The position numbers were made by a program, and so were the translations under genes. Of a stretch of DNA of 64,000 nucleotides, positions 55,445 through 64,000 are shown piece by piece. The stretch spans positions 2,798-66,797 of IMG/VR virus record IMGVR_UViG_3300049143_000045; one strand, given 5' to 3'. The notes below the pieces were generated by a model. That model had not been told where the DNA came from. It was given only the letters and a program-made list of their open reading frames with translations, and searched no databases. The DNA comes from a virus. Taxonomy: Duplodnaviria > Caudoviricetes. Position 1 is the stretch's first letter; each line of letters starts with the position of its first letter.

Positions 55445-55695
55445 CCACCACCCTCGACCTCACCCCCGACCGGATTGCGGAGATCCGCGCCGATGAGCGT
55501 CGCCGCTGCATCGCCGAGCTGCGCGCCTACTCCCAGAAGCGCATGAACGAGGCCGTGGACAAGGTGACGGCTGGCGATGACGCCGGGTTCGTCGCCGTCT
55601 CGCATGCCGCCGCCGTCGGCCGCGCCGCCCAGCTTCTGGAGTCCGGCGAACTGTCCACCCCGACGCCCGCCGCGCGGGAGGTGACGGTTCGATGA
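55441..55695 (+). CDS. Hypothetical protein
   Basis: Coupled ORF. Confidence 0.5.
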   Translation: MTTTLDLTPDRIAEIRADERRRCIAELRAYSQKRMNEAVDKVTAGDDAGFVAVSHAAAVGRAAQLLESGELSTPTPAAREVTVR

Positions 55696-56021
55696 TGCTG
55701 CCGCCCGAGCACGTCGAGCACTTCCTCAAGCGGGAGCGCGACGAGTACGAGCCGCGCCGCGAGTGCTGGAACACCGTGGATGACGTCCTGGACGCCTTCC
55801 GCCTCCACATGGTCACCGGCACCCCGCTCACGGAGCCGAGGCCGCACGAGGGCTCTGAGCCGTCCGGCGTGGGCCCAGAGCATCTCACCGAGGCGGAGGA
55901 ACTGCGCGCCGAGGTTGAGCGTCTCCGCGCCCAGGTGGAGCTGATGGGCAAGCACCTTCAGCGCGAGTCGCTCGACGCGATCGACAAGGCCCTGGCAGCA
56001 CAGAAGGGCGGCCAGGCGTGA
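55692..56021 (+). CDS. Hypothetical protein
   Basis: GGAGG RBS. Confidence 0.55.
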   Translation: MMLPPEHVEHFLKRERDEYEPRRECWNTVDDVLDAFRLHMVTGTPLTEPRPHEGSEPSGVGPEHLTEAEELRAEVERLRAQVELMGKHLQRESLDAIDKALAAQKGGQA

Positions 56022-56245
56022 GGCTCCCGCTGTACGTGATCGCGGTCGGTTTCACGATCGCGGCCACCCTCACCACCGCTGTCGGCGGCTACGTCGGCTG
56101 GGAGCTCGGCCTCCGGGCGGGCGTCCTGGCCGCCGCTGGCACCTTCGTCGTCATCGGCGCAGCCGCCATCACCGGGTTCCTGCTCGGGCGGGCGCAGCTG
56201 GCCGCCGACGTCCACGACGTGTTCCCCGCAGAGGAGGGCGACTGA
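56018..56245 (+). CDS. Small membrane protein
   Basis: Two hydrophobic helices. Confidence 0.55.
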   Translation: MRLPLYVIAVGFTIAATLTTAVGGYVGWELGLRAGVLAAAGTFVVIGAAAITGFLLGRAQLAADVHDVFPAEEGD

Positions 56246-57081
56246 TGGCACGTGACCACGGGTACGCCCGCTACAAGCTCGACGGCTGTCGCTGCTACAC
56301 CTGCGGATACGCCAACGCCGTCTACTGCGAGCGTCGTGCCCGCGCTATCGCCTACGGGACGTGGCAGCCGTTCGTGGACGCCGAACCGGTCCGGCAGCAC
56401 ATCCTCGACCTCCGATCCTGTGACCTCGGACTGCGCCGTATCGCCGAGGCGGCGGGCGTGGACCGCAAGCGCCTACAGGCCATCCTGACCGGCCGGCCCG
56501 AGCGGGGCACCGGACCGCAGGAGAAGATCCGCCCCGAGATCGCCGCCGCGGTCCTCGCCGTGGAGCCTTCGTTCGACCTGCTCGGCGACACCACGGTCAT
56601 CGAAGCGACCGGCACTCGCCGCCGTCTTCAAGCGCTGGTGACGCTCGGCTGGTCTCAGGCGAAGCTGGCTGAGCGGCTCGGCTGGACACCGGGCAACTTC
56701 ACCGTGCTGATGCGCGAGCCTCAGACGTTCGTGAGGACGGCCCGCAAGGTGCGCGCCCTCTACGACGAGCTGTGGGACCAGGCTCCGCCGGAGGACTCCC
56801 ACCGCGACAAGATCTCCACCTCGCGAGCCCGGAACATGGCCCAGGCTCGCGGCTGGGTGCCGCCACAAGCCTGGGATGACGACACCATCGACGACCCCAC
56901 AGCCTGCCCCGACGTCGGCGCCACGACGTCGCGTGCACGAGCGGTCGCGGAGAACGCCGAAGAGCTGGTCGTCGGCCAGGGCTACACGACCGAGCACGCC
57001 GCCGAACGGCTCGGCGTCAGCGTCAGCTACGTGCAGGAGGCTCTCCGTGCTGCCCGTCGCCGAGAGGCGGTGTCGGCGTGA
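56245..57081 (+). CDS. Zn-finger/multi-HTH DNA-binding protein
   Basis: GCRCYTC, FVDAEPVRQH, TGTRRRLQAL, WVPPQAWDD. Confidence 0.65.
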   Translation: MARDHGYARYKLDGCRCYTCGYANAVYCERRARAIAYGTWQPFVDAEPVRQHILDLRSCDLGLRRIAEAAGVDRKRLQAILTGRPERGTGPQEKIRPEIAAAVLAVEPSFDLLGDTTVIEATGTRRRLQALVTLGWSQAKLAERLGWTPGNFTVLMREPQTFVRTARKVRALYDELWDQAPPEDSHRDKISTSRARNMAQARGWVPPQAWDDDTIDDPTACPDVGATTSRARAVAENAEELVVGQGYTTEHAAERLGVSVSYVQEALRAARRREAVSA

Positions 57082-57497
57082 ACGCCCCTCGCCGCCCCTA
57101 CTGCTGCTCTGTCGCCGAGCTTGACGGCATCCCCGAGGAGACGCACCGCAAGGTGTGCCGGCAGCCTGCCCCTGCCGTTGTCCGCGTCCAGGTGGACGAG
57201 GAGCGTCTGGCCGCGTCGGTGGGCCACCACATCGAGGCCCACCGAGACCACATCCGCGGCCAGGCGTACGCCGACATGTCCGCTCACGCCGCGGCTCGGG
57301 CAGCCGAGCTGCGCGCCTCAGGCGGCCTCCAGGACGCGATCGCCTACGCGTTGACGCAGCGCTGCCACATGCAGGACGGCGTCGTTCACGCGGCTCCGCA
57401 CGTCGTCGCAGCAGTCGCGTGGGAGGTGCTGGCGGTGGTCCTGGCGTTCGGGCCGGACCCGGCCGGCCAGTCCCGGACGGAGGACGCCCGTGGCTAG
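57078..57497 (+). CDS. Hypothetical protein
   Basis: Coupled ORF. Confidence 0.45.
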   Translation: MNAPRRPYCCSVAELDGIPEETHRKVCRQPAPAVVRVQVDEERLAASVGHHIEAHRDHIRGQAYADMSAHAAARAAELRASGGLQDAIAYALTQRCHMQDGVVHAAPHVVAAVAWEVLAVVLAFGPDPAGQSRTEDARG

Positions 57498-57936
57498 CTG
57501 GGGGTGGCAGGACGACGCCGAATGCCGCGGCGAGGGCCTGTGGCTGTTCTTCGGGCAGCCGGGAGAGAGGACGTTCGAGCGCGACCGCCGCGAGCGGGCA
57601 GCCAAGGCGATCTGCGCGTTCTGCCCGGTGCGCCGTGAGTGCCTCGACTACGCCCTGCATAAGCCTGAGGGGGATGGCCTGTGGGGCGGCCTGAACGAGG
57701 ACGAGCGGGCCGCGGAGCGTCGGCGCCGGCAGCGGAGAGCACATCGGGAGTCGGTCACCCGCCCCGAGGCCGACGATGTCCCGGACAAGCGCTGCCGCGC
57801 CTGCCAGCAGGACAAGCCCGCCACCGACTACGGGCCCGCCAGGCAGAACGCGGACGGGTTGAACTCGGCGTGCAAGGCGTGCACCGCGGCGATGGCCAAG
57901 GAGCGGCGTCACGCGCGGAAGGCGGTGGCGTCCTGA
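57490..57936 (+). CDS. whiB: WhiB-family transcription factor with extra C-terminal Zn finger
   Basis: AECRGE...AKAICAFCPVRRECL...GLWGG; then CRAC...SACKAC. Confidence 0.9.
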   Translation: MASWGWQDDAECRGEGLWLFFGQPGERTFERDRRERAAKAICAFCPVRRECLDYALHKPEGDGLWGGLNEDERAAERRRRQRRAHRESVTRPEADDVPDKRCRACQQDKPATDYGPARQNADGLNSACKACTAAMAKERRHARKAVAS

Positions 57937-58754
57937 TGGCCGAGCACCCGCACGGCACCCTGAACCGCTACGTGTCCGGGCGTTGCCGGTGCCAGCCGTG
58001 CCGAGACGCCAAGTCGGCCTATGCGCGTCACCGGAACCGTCAGCTGGCGTACGGGCGTTGGGAGGGCTACGTCGATGCGTGGCCCTGCCGTGTACATGTG
58101 CAGGGCCTGCTCGACGCGGGCGTGACGCTAGGCCGTATCGCGGTGCTGGCCGGTCTCTCGGCCAGCACCGTCAAGCGGCTCATGCAGGGGATCCCGCGCT
58201 CTGGTGGTGTGCGGGCGGAGCGCGTGCGGGCTGAGACCGCGGAGGCTCTCCTCAACGTCCGTGCCGACCTCGACGGCTTGCAGGACACGGCGTGGATCGA
58301 CTCAACCGGGACGCGCCGCCGCATTCAGGCCCTGGCAGCCCTCGGCTACTCGCTGAAGGAGCAGGCCGAGGCGATAGGCCGGCACGCCACCAACTTCAGG
58401 CTGGTCCTCGCCCGGGAAACGGTCTTGGTGGGGACGGCCCGCATGGTGCGCGACTTGTACAGCGCCTGGTCGATGACGCCCGCGCCTGCAACGTGGATGG
58501 CTGACCGGACCCGCCGTCGGGCGGCAAGTCAGGGTTGGCTGCCGCCGTTGGCGTGGGACGACCTGATCGACCTGCCTGACGGCGAGCTGGAGGAGGAGCT
58601 TCGCCGCCGTGTCGCCCTGATGGACCGGTACGAGCTTCAGCAGTGCAGCGAGGCCGCTTACCGGCATGGCGACAAGTCGCCGTTGGTGGTGGCCGCGGCC
58701 CGCGAGTTCGAGAAGCGCAAGTTCGCCAGGCGCGGCACTAAGGCGGCGTCGTGA
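57936..58754 (+). CDS. Paralog of 56245-57081 DNA-binding protein
   Basis: CRCQPC, YVDAWPCRVH, TGTRRRIQAL, WLPPLAWDD. Confidence 0.65.
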   Translation: MAEHPHGTLNRYVSGRCRCQPCRDAKSAYARHRNRQLAYGRWEGYVDAWPCRVHVQGLLDAGVTLGRIAVLAGLSASTVKRLMQGIPRSGGVRAERVRAETAEALLNVRADLDGLQDTAWIDSTGTRRRIQALAALGYSLKEQAEAIGRHATNFRLVLARETVLVGTARMVRDLYSAWSMTPAPATWMADRTRRRAASQGWLPPLAWDDLIDLPDGELEEELRRRVALMDRYELQQCSEAAYRHGDKSPLVVAAAREFEKRKFARRGTKAAS

Positions 58755-58759
58755 CCAGG

Positions 58760-58987
58760 TCAGGAGTCGAAGGAGCTAGCTGCGCGCTTGCGAGCGTCGA
58801 CAACCTTGCGGCGCACCCACTCGCGGGTGAAGCCGATCTCTCGAACGATATCGACCTGCGGTTCGCCATCGTCGAGCGCAGCAAGGACCTCGGCGACCAA
58901 CTCGTCATGAGCTGCTTCGGCGGCCTCGGTGCGGCGCTTGTAGGCGGCTGCGAGGCGGCGAAGGCGCTGCTGGCGGTCCTTGTCCAC
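58760..58987 (-). CDS. Small HTH protein, divergent from the replication operon (start uncertain)
   Basis: QVDIVREIGFTREWVRRKV. Confidence 0.6.
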   Translation of the reverse strand: MDKDRQQRLRRLAAAYKRRTEAAEAAHDELVAEVLAALDDGEPQVDIVREIGFTREWVRRKVVDARKRAASSFDS

Positions 58988-59199
58988 GGGTTCATGTTCG
59001 CACATGGGGCGTGGCATCACGGCATGGCTGGGGCCCATGGTCTCAGTCTAGCCAACAATATTGGCCATTAGTCAATGCCATGACCCATGGCATAGGATGA
59101 AGTCGTAACTAGTGATCAGGGGGACTGAAGTGGCTACACCCCGAAGACGGGCCCAGCTCCGAGCCAACGTGAACCACTAGACCAACTGGAGCGCCGAAC

Positions 59200-60219
59200 G
59201 TGGCGGGAAGCTACGCCAAGATCTACGCCAAGATCTGGGCTGACCCGGACTTTAGGTCCCTGTCCTGGGACGAGCAGTGGCTGTTCTTCGTGCTGATCAG
59301 TCAGCCGGAGCTGAACTTCGCCGGCGTCGTCACGACGACCGAGCGGCGCCTGACCGGCTGCGCGAAAGGCTTCTCCGTGGAGGACCTACGCACGGCGCTG
59401 GCGGGGTTGCACGCCCGCAGGTACATCGTCCACGACGAGGAGCACGACGAGATCCTGGTCCGTTCGTATGTCCGCCACGACGGCGCTTGGCGGACTCCGA
59501 ACACTCTGATCAGCATCGTGCGTGCCGCGGATGGCGTCCGGTCCCTCATGATCCGGGCGACCCTGGCGGAGGAGTTGTCGCGGCTGCCCTTGGACGAGCT
59601 GTCGGGGAAGCGGGCCGAGGAGATGCGGCGGTCCGTCGAAGAGATCATCGCAACCCTTAGGCCAAGGGTTAGCGCAACCCTTCCCGCAAGGGTTAGCGCA
59701 ACCCATGCGGTGAGGGTTACCGAAACCATTCAGCAAGGGTTGGCCCAACCCATCACCCAACCCATTGCCCAACCCACCGTTGTAGTTGCTGTTGTAGGTG
59801 AAGAGTCTTTCCCTTGTAGTTCAGTAACTGTCCCTCAAAATCCTTCGTCTCCTTCGGAGCCGGAGAGTGAGGGAGTCCTTCTCAAGCTTCCGAGGGCACA
59901 GCCCAAACCGGAGTGCGGCAGCGATGAGGACCCCGACTTCGTCGCCTTCTGGAAGAACTACCCCAACAAGGTCGGCAAGCCCTCCGCCCGAGCCGCATGG
60001 CGCAAGGCGATCAAGGCCAAGGTCGACCCCCGGCTCATCATCGCCGCCGCCGAGGCGTTCAGGGACAGCCCTGCACGGCGCCGTAGCGGCAAGCAGTTCA
60101 CGCCCCACCCGTCGACCTGGCTCAACGATGAGCGCTACATGCCGCCCGAGGACGACGAGGCAGATGACGTCTGGACGTGGGACAGCGTCCAGGAGTCCGC
60201 GCCTGGGGAGTTCAACTGA
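59200..60219 (+). CDS. Phage replication initiator (lambda O-like)
   Basis: YAKIWADPDF N-terminus, internal iterons, FVAFWKNYPNKVGK...PHPSTWLNDERY C-terminus. Confidence 0.8.
   Translation: MAGSYAKIYAKIWADPDFRSLSWDEQWLFFVLISQPELNFAGVVTTTERRLTGCAKGFSVEDLRTALAGLHARRYIVHDEEHDEILVRSYVRHDGAWRTPNTLISIVRAADGVRSLMIRATLAEELSRLPLDELSGKRAEEMRRSVEEIIATLRPRVSATLPARVSATHAVRVTETIQQGLAQPITQPIAQPTVVVAVVGEESFPCSSVTVPQNPSSPSEPESEGVLLKLPRAQPKPECGSDEDPDFVAFWKNYPNKVGKPSARAAWRKAIKAKVDPRLIIAAAEAFRDSPARRRSGKQFTPHPSTWLNDERYMPPEDDEADDVWTWDSVQESAPGEFN
59650..59775 (+). repeat. Origin-like iterons inside the initiator gene
   Basis: CAAGGGTTAGCGCAACCC twice plus variants (CAAGGGTTGGCCCAACCC, CCCAACCC). Confidence 0.7.
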
Positions 60220-61472
60220 TGAGCGACTTCCGCGAGCTGCCCCACGACGTCGAGGCCGAGATGTGCGCTCTCGGCGCGGCCATGCTGTCGCCGAACGCGG
60301 CCAACGTGGTCTTCTCCAGCCTGTCGGAGGATCACTTCTACCGGCCCCAGCACCGGCCGATCTTCCGGGCGATCGTTGACCTGTACCGCCGCGGCGAAGG
60401 TGTCGACGGCGTCAGCGTCCGTGCTGAGCTGGAGACGACCCGCAAGCTGGCGCAGGCCGGTGGAGAGTTCTACCTCCACGACCTGCTCGCCGCGGTGCCG
60501 ACCGCCACGAACGTTGGCTTCTACGTCAGCCGGATCCGCGAGCTCGGCACCAAGGCGATCACGATCGAGGAGCTCAACCGGATCGCCGAGCAGGGCTACC
60601 ACGACCACATCACCTCGGACGAGATGCTGGTCGCCACCGAGGACGCACTCACCCGCTTCCGCGCCCTGTCAACGGACGAGGACCAGATCGAGGGCTTCTC
60701 GACGCTGGGCTCGTTCATCGACGAGGCCGACTCCGAGTACGACTGGCTGATCCCGGGCGTGCTCGAGCGGATGGACCGCGTCATCGTCGTGGCCAGCGAG
60801 GGCGCCGGCAAGACGACGCTCGCGCGGATGATCGCCGTGATGCTCGCCGCGGGCGTGCACCCGTTCTCGCCGCACACCCGGATCGAGCCGGTGCGGACGC
60901 TGTACATCGACTTGGAGAATCCGCCTGCTCTCGTGCGGCGCAAGGTCCGCCAGCTCGTAAACCTCGGCAGGGAGCATTCCGGCTGGGACGACGACCGCGC
61001 CTGGCGGTGGACCCGCCCGGGCGGCATCGACCTACGCAAGCCGCACGACCAGCACCTCGTGGACCGGGTGATCGAGACCAGCCGAGCCGAGTTCGTGGCG
61101 TTGGGCCCGCTCTACAAGAGCTTCCTCGAGGGCGACGCGAAGGCCGAGACCGTCAACGGCCACGTCGCCCGCGTCCTCGACGGCTTCCGCGCCCGACACG
61201 GCGTCGCTCTCTGGCTGGAGACGCACGCCCCGATGGAGCAGCAGGGCATGCGCTCGTTGCGGCCGATGGGGTCGGGCGTGTGGTCCCGCTGGCCCGAGTT
61301 CGGTCTGGCGCTGCGCAAGTCGAAGGACAACCCTCACCGCGTCCACCTCGAGCGGTTCCGTGGTGACCGCGACGAACGCGCCTGGCCCCACCACCTCGAA
61401 CGCTCGAGCCCGTGGCCGTGGAGAGCCGTTTGGGACGGCGGCATCCCCGTTGAGGAGGCCACGAGCGCATGA
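60219..61472 (+). CDS. Replicative helicase (DnaB N-terminal domain plus AAA domain)
   Basis: PHDVEAEMCALGA...DHFYRPQH; Walker A ASEGAGKTT; GSGVWSRWPE. Confidence 0.85.
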   Translation: MSDFRELPHDVEAEMCALGAAMLSPNAANVVFSSLSEDHFYRPQHRPIFRAIVDLYRRGEGVDGVSVRAELETTRKLAQAGGEFYLHDLLAAVPTATNVGFYVSRIRELGTKAITIEELNRIAEQGYHDHITSDEMLVATEDALTRFRALSTDEDQIEGFSTLGSFIDEADSEYDWLIPGVLERMDRVIVVASEGAGKTTLARMIAVMLAAGVHPFSPHTRIEPVRTLYIDLENPPALVRRKVRQLVNLGREHSGWDDDRAWRWTRPGGIDLRKPHDQHLVDRVIETSRAEFVALGPLYKSFLEGDAKAETVNGHVARVLDGFRARHGVALWLETHAPMEQQGMRSLRPMGSGVWSRWPEFGLALRKSKDNPHRVHLERFRGDRDERAWPHHLERSSPWPWRAVWDGGIPVEEATSA

Positions 61473-61600
61473 GCCTTCCAGCCGACCTTCACAAAGCGAT
61501 CACGGCGCGGGACATTCGGAGTTTAGTTGCGCACATAGCGGACCGATTCGCGCTCCCAGACGTCCCCGCAAAGGACGTGACCCCCAACAAGGAGAGCCTC

Positions 61601-62257
61601 ATGAATGAGCCCATCAAGCCCATCGAAACCCACTACGCCGGATGCCGCTTCCGATCGAGACTCGAAGCTCGCTGGGCGGTGTTCTTCGACACCCTCGGTG
61701 TTCGGTGGCAGTACGAGCCGCAGGGCTATGTCGTCAACGGGCGTCCCTACCTCCCGGACTTCGTTCTGCCTGACCTCAATGCGTCGGTCGAGGTCAAAGG
61801 TGACGCCACCCAGCTCGACCTGGCCATGCTGGCGGATGCAGTGGGAGAGCACTGGGTGTACACGCTGGTACTGGGCCCCATTCCGCAGATGGACACGCTG
61901 AAGGTCCCGACGCATACCCTTCTCGTGCCAGCGATCGATGTCCGTCCCGATCCTCAGACGTTTGCCGTAGTTCAAGCCTTCATTGAGGCACTCCAGACTG
62001 TTCAGGACCCCGCTGCGCGCGCCGCGATCGAGCGAATGGCGCAGGCGCGACACGGCATTGTTGTCACCATCGCGCACGCCGTCTGGATCACGACGCGCGA
62101 CTCGGCAGCCTTCATCGCGCTGGGTCCCTCGGCGGTGAGGAGCGCCGCTGAAGCCCTGGAGCCGGGAACGGTTTGGCCGATTATGCCCATGCCGAAGGTG
62201 CAGGCGGCCTATGAGGCCGCTCGCTCTGCCCGCTTCGAACACGGCGAGTCTGGATGA
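61601..62257 (+). CDS. PD-(D/E)xK-like nuclease
   Basis: FRSRLEARWAVFF...YEPQG...YLPDF...VEVKG. Confidence 0.75.
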   Translation: MNEPIKPIETHYAGCRFRSRLEARWAVFFDTLGVRWQYEPQGYVVNGRPYLPDFVLPDLNASVEVKGDATQLDLAMLADAVGEHWVYTLVLGPIPQMDTLKVPTHTLLVPAIDVRPDPQTFAVVQAFIEALQTVQDPAARAAIERMAQARHGIVVTIAHAVWITTRDSAAFIALGPSAVRSAAEALEPGTVWPIMPMPKVQAAYEAARSARFEHGESG

Positions 62258-62614
62258 TCCACCGTCGGGTCCTGTCCGCACGGTCTCGCCTCGCCCACTT
62301 GGGCGGGGCGGTGGCCACGGTCCGCGGCCTGTCGGAGGAGCAGTCCGAGCCGGACCGCTCTGGTGGATCTCTCAGTGGGTCCCGTACACCAAGCGTCCGC
62401 GGCGGCGAGTTCGACTGCGCGACGCTCGGGGTGGTGGACGGTCCGGACGGAGATGCCCCGGGAAGCCGCCCAGGGTCCGCAGGGAGCGATTTGGGGGCAG
62501 TTCCGGTCCACGGATAGCGCCGGGGGTCTGCTGAGGGCTCCTGAGGGGCTCTCAGCGCTCCAAGATCGGAACTGGTTAGCGACTCAAGATCGTAGATAGG
62601 AACTGGAGTTCCCA

Positions 62615-62893
62615 ATGCGTCCCATGAACGTCTACCTGCGCGACCCCGAGACCGGACAAGACCGGCCGTACCAGCTCGCGCCCGATGAGTACCCCAGCCA
62701 GATCAGCGTCTTCTGCGACGGATGCGGCACCACCGTCACGCGGGACTACGTCGTCTCCGAGACCATGTCGCGGCCCGAACGGCTGGAGGTCGCACGGGCG
62801 AGCCTCCGTGGGGAGGGGTGGCGGTGCGACGAGTCCGGCGACTGGTGCCCCACCTGCAAGATCGCCGCCGAGCAGTCCGGGGATGCGTCATGA
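62615..62893 (+). CDS. Hypothetical Zn-binding protein
   Basis: CDGCG...GWRC...WCPTC. Confidence 0.6.
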   Translation: MRPMNVYLRDPETGQDRPYQLAPDEYPSQISVFCDGCGTTVTRDYVVSETMSRPERLEVARASLRGEGWRCDESGDWCPTCKIAAEQSGDAS

Positions 62894-63342
62894 CGCCCGA
62901 AGAGGCGGCATGGGTTCGCGAGCACGCCTGGACCCCGACCATGCGCAAGACGCACGCCGAGGTACCCGGTTTCTACCTGACGTGCGCCTGCCAGTGGAAC
63001 GGCCCATGCCTCAACTCGCGCGACCCCGGCCGGCACCAGCGCTGCCACATGGGCACGCCGATGTACGAGTACGAGACGATCATCGGCACGCGCGGCGGGA
63101 TGGGGGTCGCTTCCTTCCGCCAGGCGCACCGGTACCCCACAGCGTCAGCGACCGGCTGGCACCGCAGCCACCTGGCCATGGTGTGGATCGCCGACCGCCG
63201 ATGCCGCTGGGTCTGCGCCTGCGACTGTGGCCACCCTCGGACCGACATCGCGCACGCGCCTGAGCGGAACCCGGCCCGGCCGGTCCGCTACGAGCTGGTG
63301 ATGCTGCCCGGCCTGGAGCTGGCCGGCGCGCGGGTGGGGTAG
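62890..63342 (+). CDS. DUF6248-like protein
   Basis: AAWVREHAW...CACQW..C...VWIADRRCRWVCAC. Confidence 0.55.
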   Translation: MTPEEAAWVREHAWTPTMRKTHAEVPGFYLTCACQWNGPCLNSRDPGRHQRCHMGTPMYEYETIIGTRGGMGVASFRQAHRYPTASATGWHRSHLAMVWIADRRCRWVCACDCGHPRTDIAHAPERNPARPVRYELVMLPGLELAGARVG

Positions 63343-63358
63343 CGATGGGCGCCTGGCG

Positions 63359-63580
63359 CTACTTGCCGGCGTCCTTGACCTTGCCGTCGCGGATCTGGGA
63401 CACGTACTCGCGCGTGAATCCGGAGGCCTTGGAGACCTTGGCGAGCCAGCCTCTGACCGGCGGTTCGCCGCGGTTCTCGTGGAAGGCGTCGTGGATCTCG
63501 CGGAAGTACTCGGCGCGGAGGGCGGCGATCTTGTCGCGGAGTTCCGCGATGCGTTCCAGGCGCTCCTGGTCGGTTGTCAT
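63359..63580 (-). CDS. Small HTH protein, paralog-like to 58760-58987
   Basis: LAKVSKASGFTREYVSQIRDG. Confidence 0.6.
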   Translation of the reverse strand: MTTDQERLERIAELRDKIAALRAEYFREIHDAFHENRGEPPVRGWLAKVSKASGFTREYVSQIRDGKVKDAGK

Positions 63581-63697
63581 GGACCACATGCTCCCATAAA
63601 CAACTTGGCCAAGAAAGTTCGCCAAAGGGGTTGCTGTCGATCATCAATGGTGAACATACTTGGCCAACAGAGTTGGCCAAACGCCAGGGAGAACAAG

Positions 63698-63961
63698 ATG
63701 ACCGCCACCGCCACCGCGCCGATCGTGAAGCTCACCGCCCCCCACGTGATGGAGATCGAGCTCGAACCCCAGCACAAGGTGGTCATCACCAAGCAGGCAG
63801 CCGGCTGGCAGGCCACCTTCCTCGCCCCCACCCTGACGCTCGTCTTCACCACCGAATGCCGCTGGGTGCAGCCCACCGACGCCGAGCTCGCCACCGGCGA
63901 CGGCATCACCTGGGCGGACGGCCAGGCGCTCACCGCCGCGGTCACCGACACCCTCCAGTAG
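63698..63961 (+). CDS. Hypothetical protein
   Basis: GGGAG RBS, ATG 63698. Confidence 0.55.
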   Translation: MTATATAPIVKLTAPHVMEIELEPQHKVVITKQAAGWQATFLAPTLTLVFTTECRWVQPTDAELATGDGITWADGQALTAAVTDTLQ

Positions 63962-64000
63962 CAGCCCCGGCCGGGGGCGACCCGGGCCCCGCTCCACCCC

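Larger units (their letters stand above)
1..64000. mobile_element. Temperate siphovirus genome of a high-GC actinomycete, apparently in attP (excised/virion) configuration; probably continues beyond the window
   Basis: Terminase, portal, capsid, tail, tape measure, lysis, integrase, repressor and replication genes in canonical order; no host housekeeping genes. Confidence 0.93.

Noticed and set aside
696-62281. Many long antisense or alternate-frame ORFs in the track (e.g. 5473-6726, 9974-11323, 20140-21435, 35623-37122, 56473-57912)
   Set aside because: Shadow ORFs expected at ~70% GC; they overlap well-supported genes and show no motifs.
62254-62614. Gene in the gap after the nuclease
   Set aside because: Several overlapping frames, none with a convincing RBS or motif; left uncalled.

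Overview
The whole 64 kb window is one high-GC actinobacterial temperate siphovirus genome; no host housekeeping genes are seen. Layout: late/early boundary genes (1-4.0 kb), packaging, head and tail genes (4.1-29.0 kb), lysis (29.1-31.9 kb), a mostly leftward accessory arm (32-46 kb), a tRNA-Ala-type att site and tyrosine integrase (46.3-47.9 kb), a CI/Cro/Xis-like switch (49-50.5 kb), then recombination and replication genes (YqaJ, RecT, DEDDh exonuclease, WhiB, initiator, helicase) to the end. The att core carries only the 3' half of a tRNA and has an identical 17-bp repeat on each side, so this looks like the attP (excised or virion) form. Most unusual: (1) the accessory arm holds an actinomycete conjugation-type module (Xis-like HTH, Spd/DUF2637-like membrane protein, FtsK/TraB-like translocase, clt-like 8-mers, KorSA-like GntR) with no Rep or integrase of its own, suggesting an integrative phage that may also spread by mycelial conjugation; (2) downstream of TraB, a run of tiny genes (HU, Zn-finger and membrane peptides) is punctuated by six copies of a conserved two-hairpin leader whose variable stem changes sequence but keeps pairing. 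All family assignments come from motifs recognised by eye; no database searches were run.
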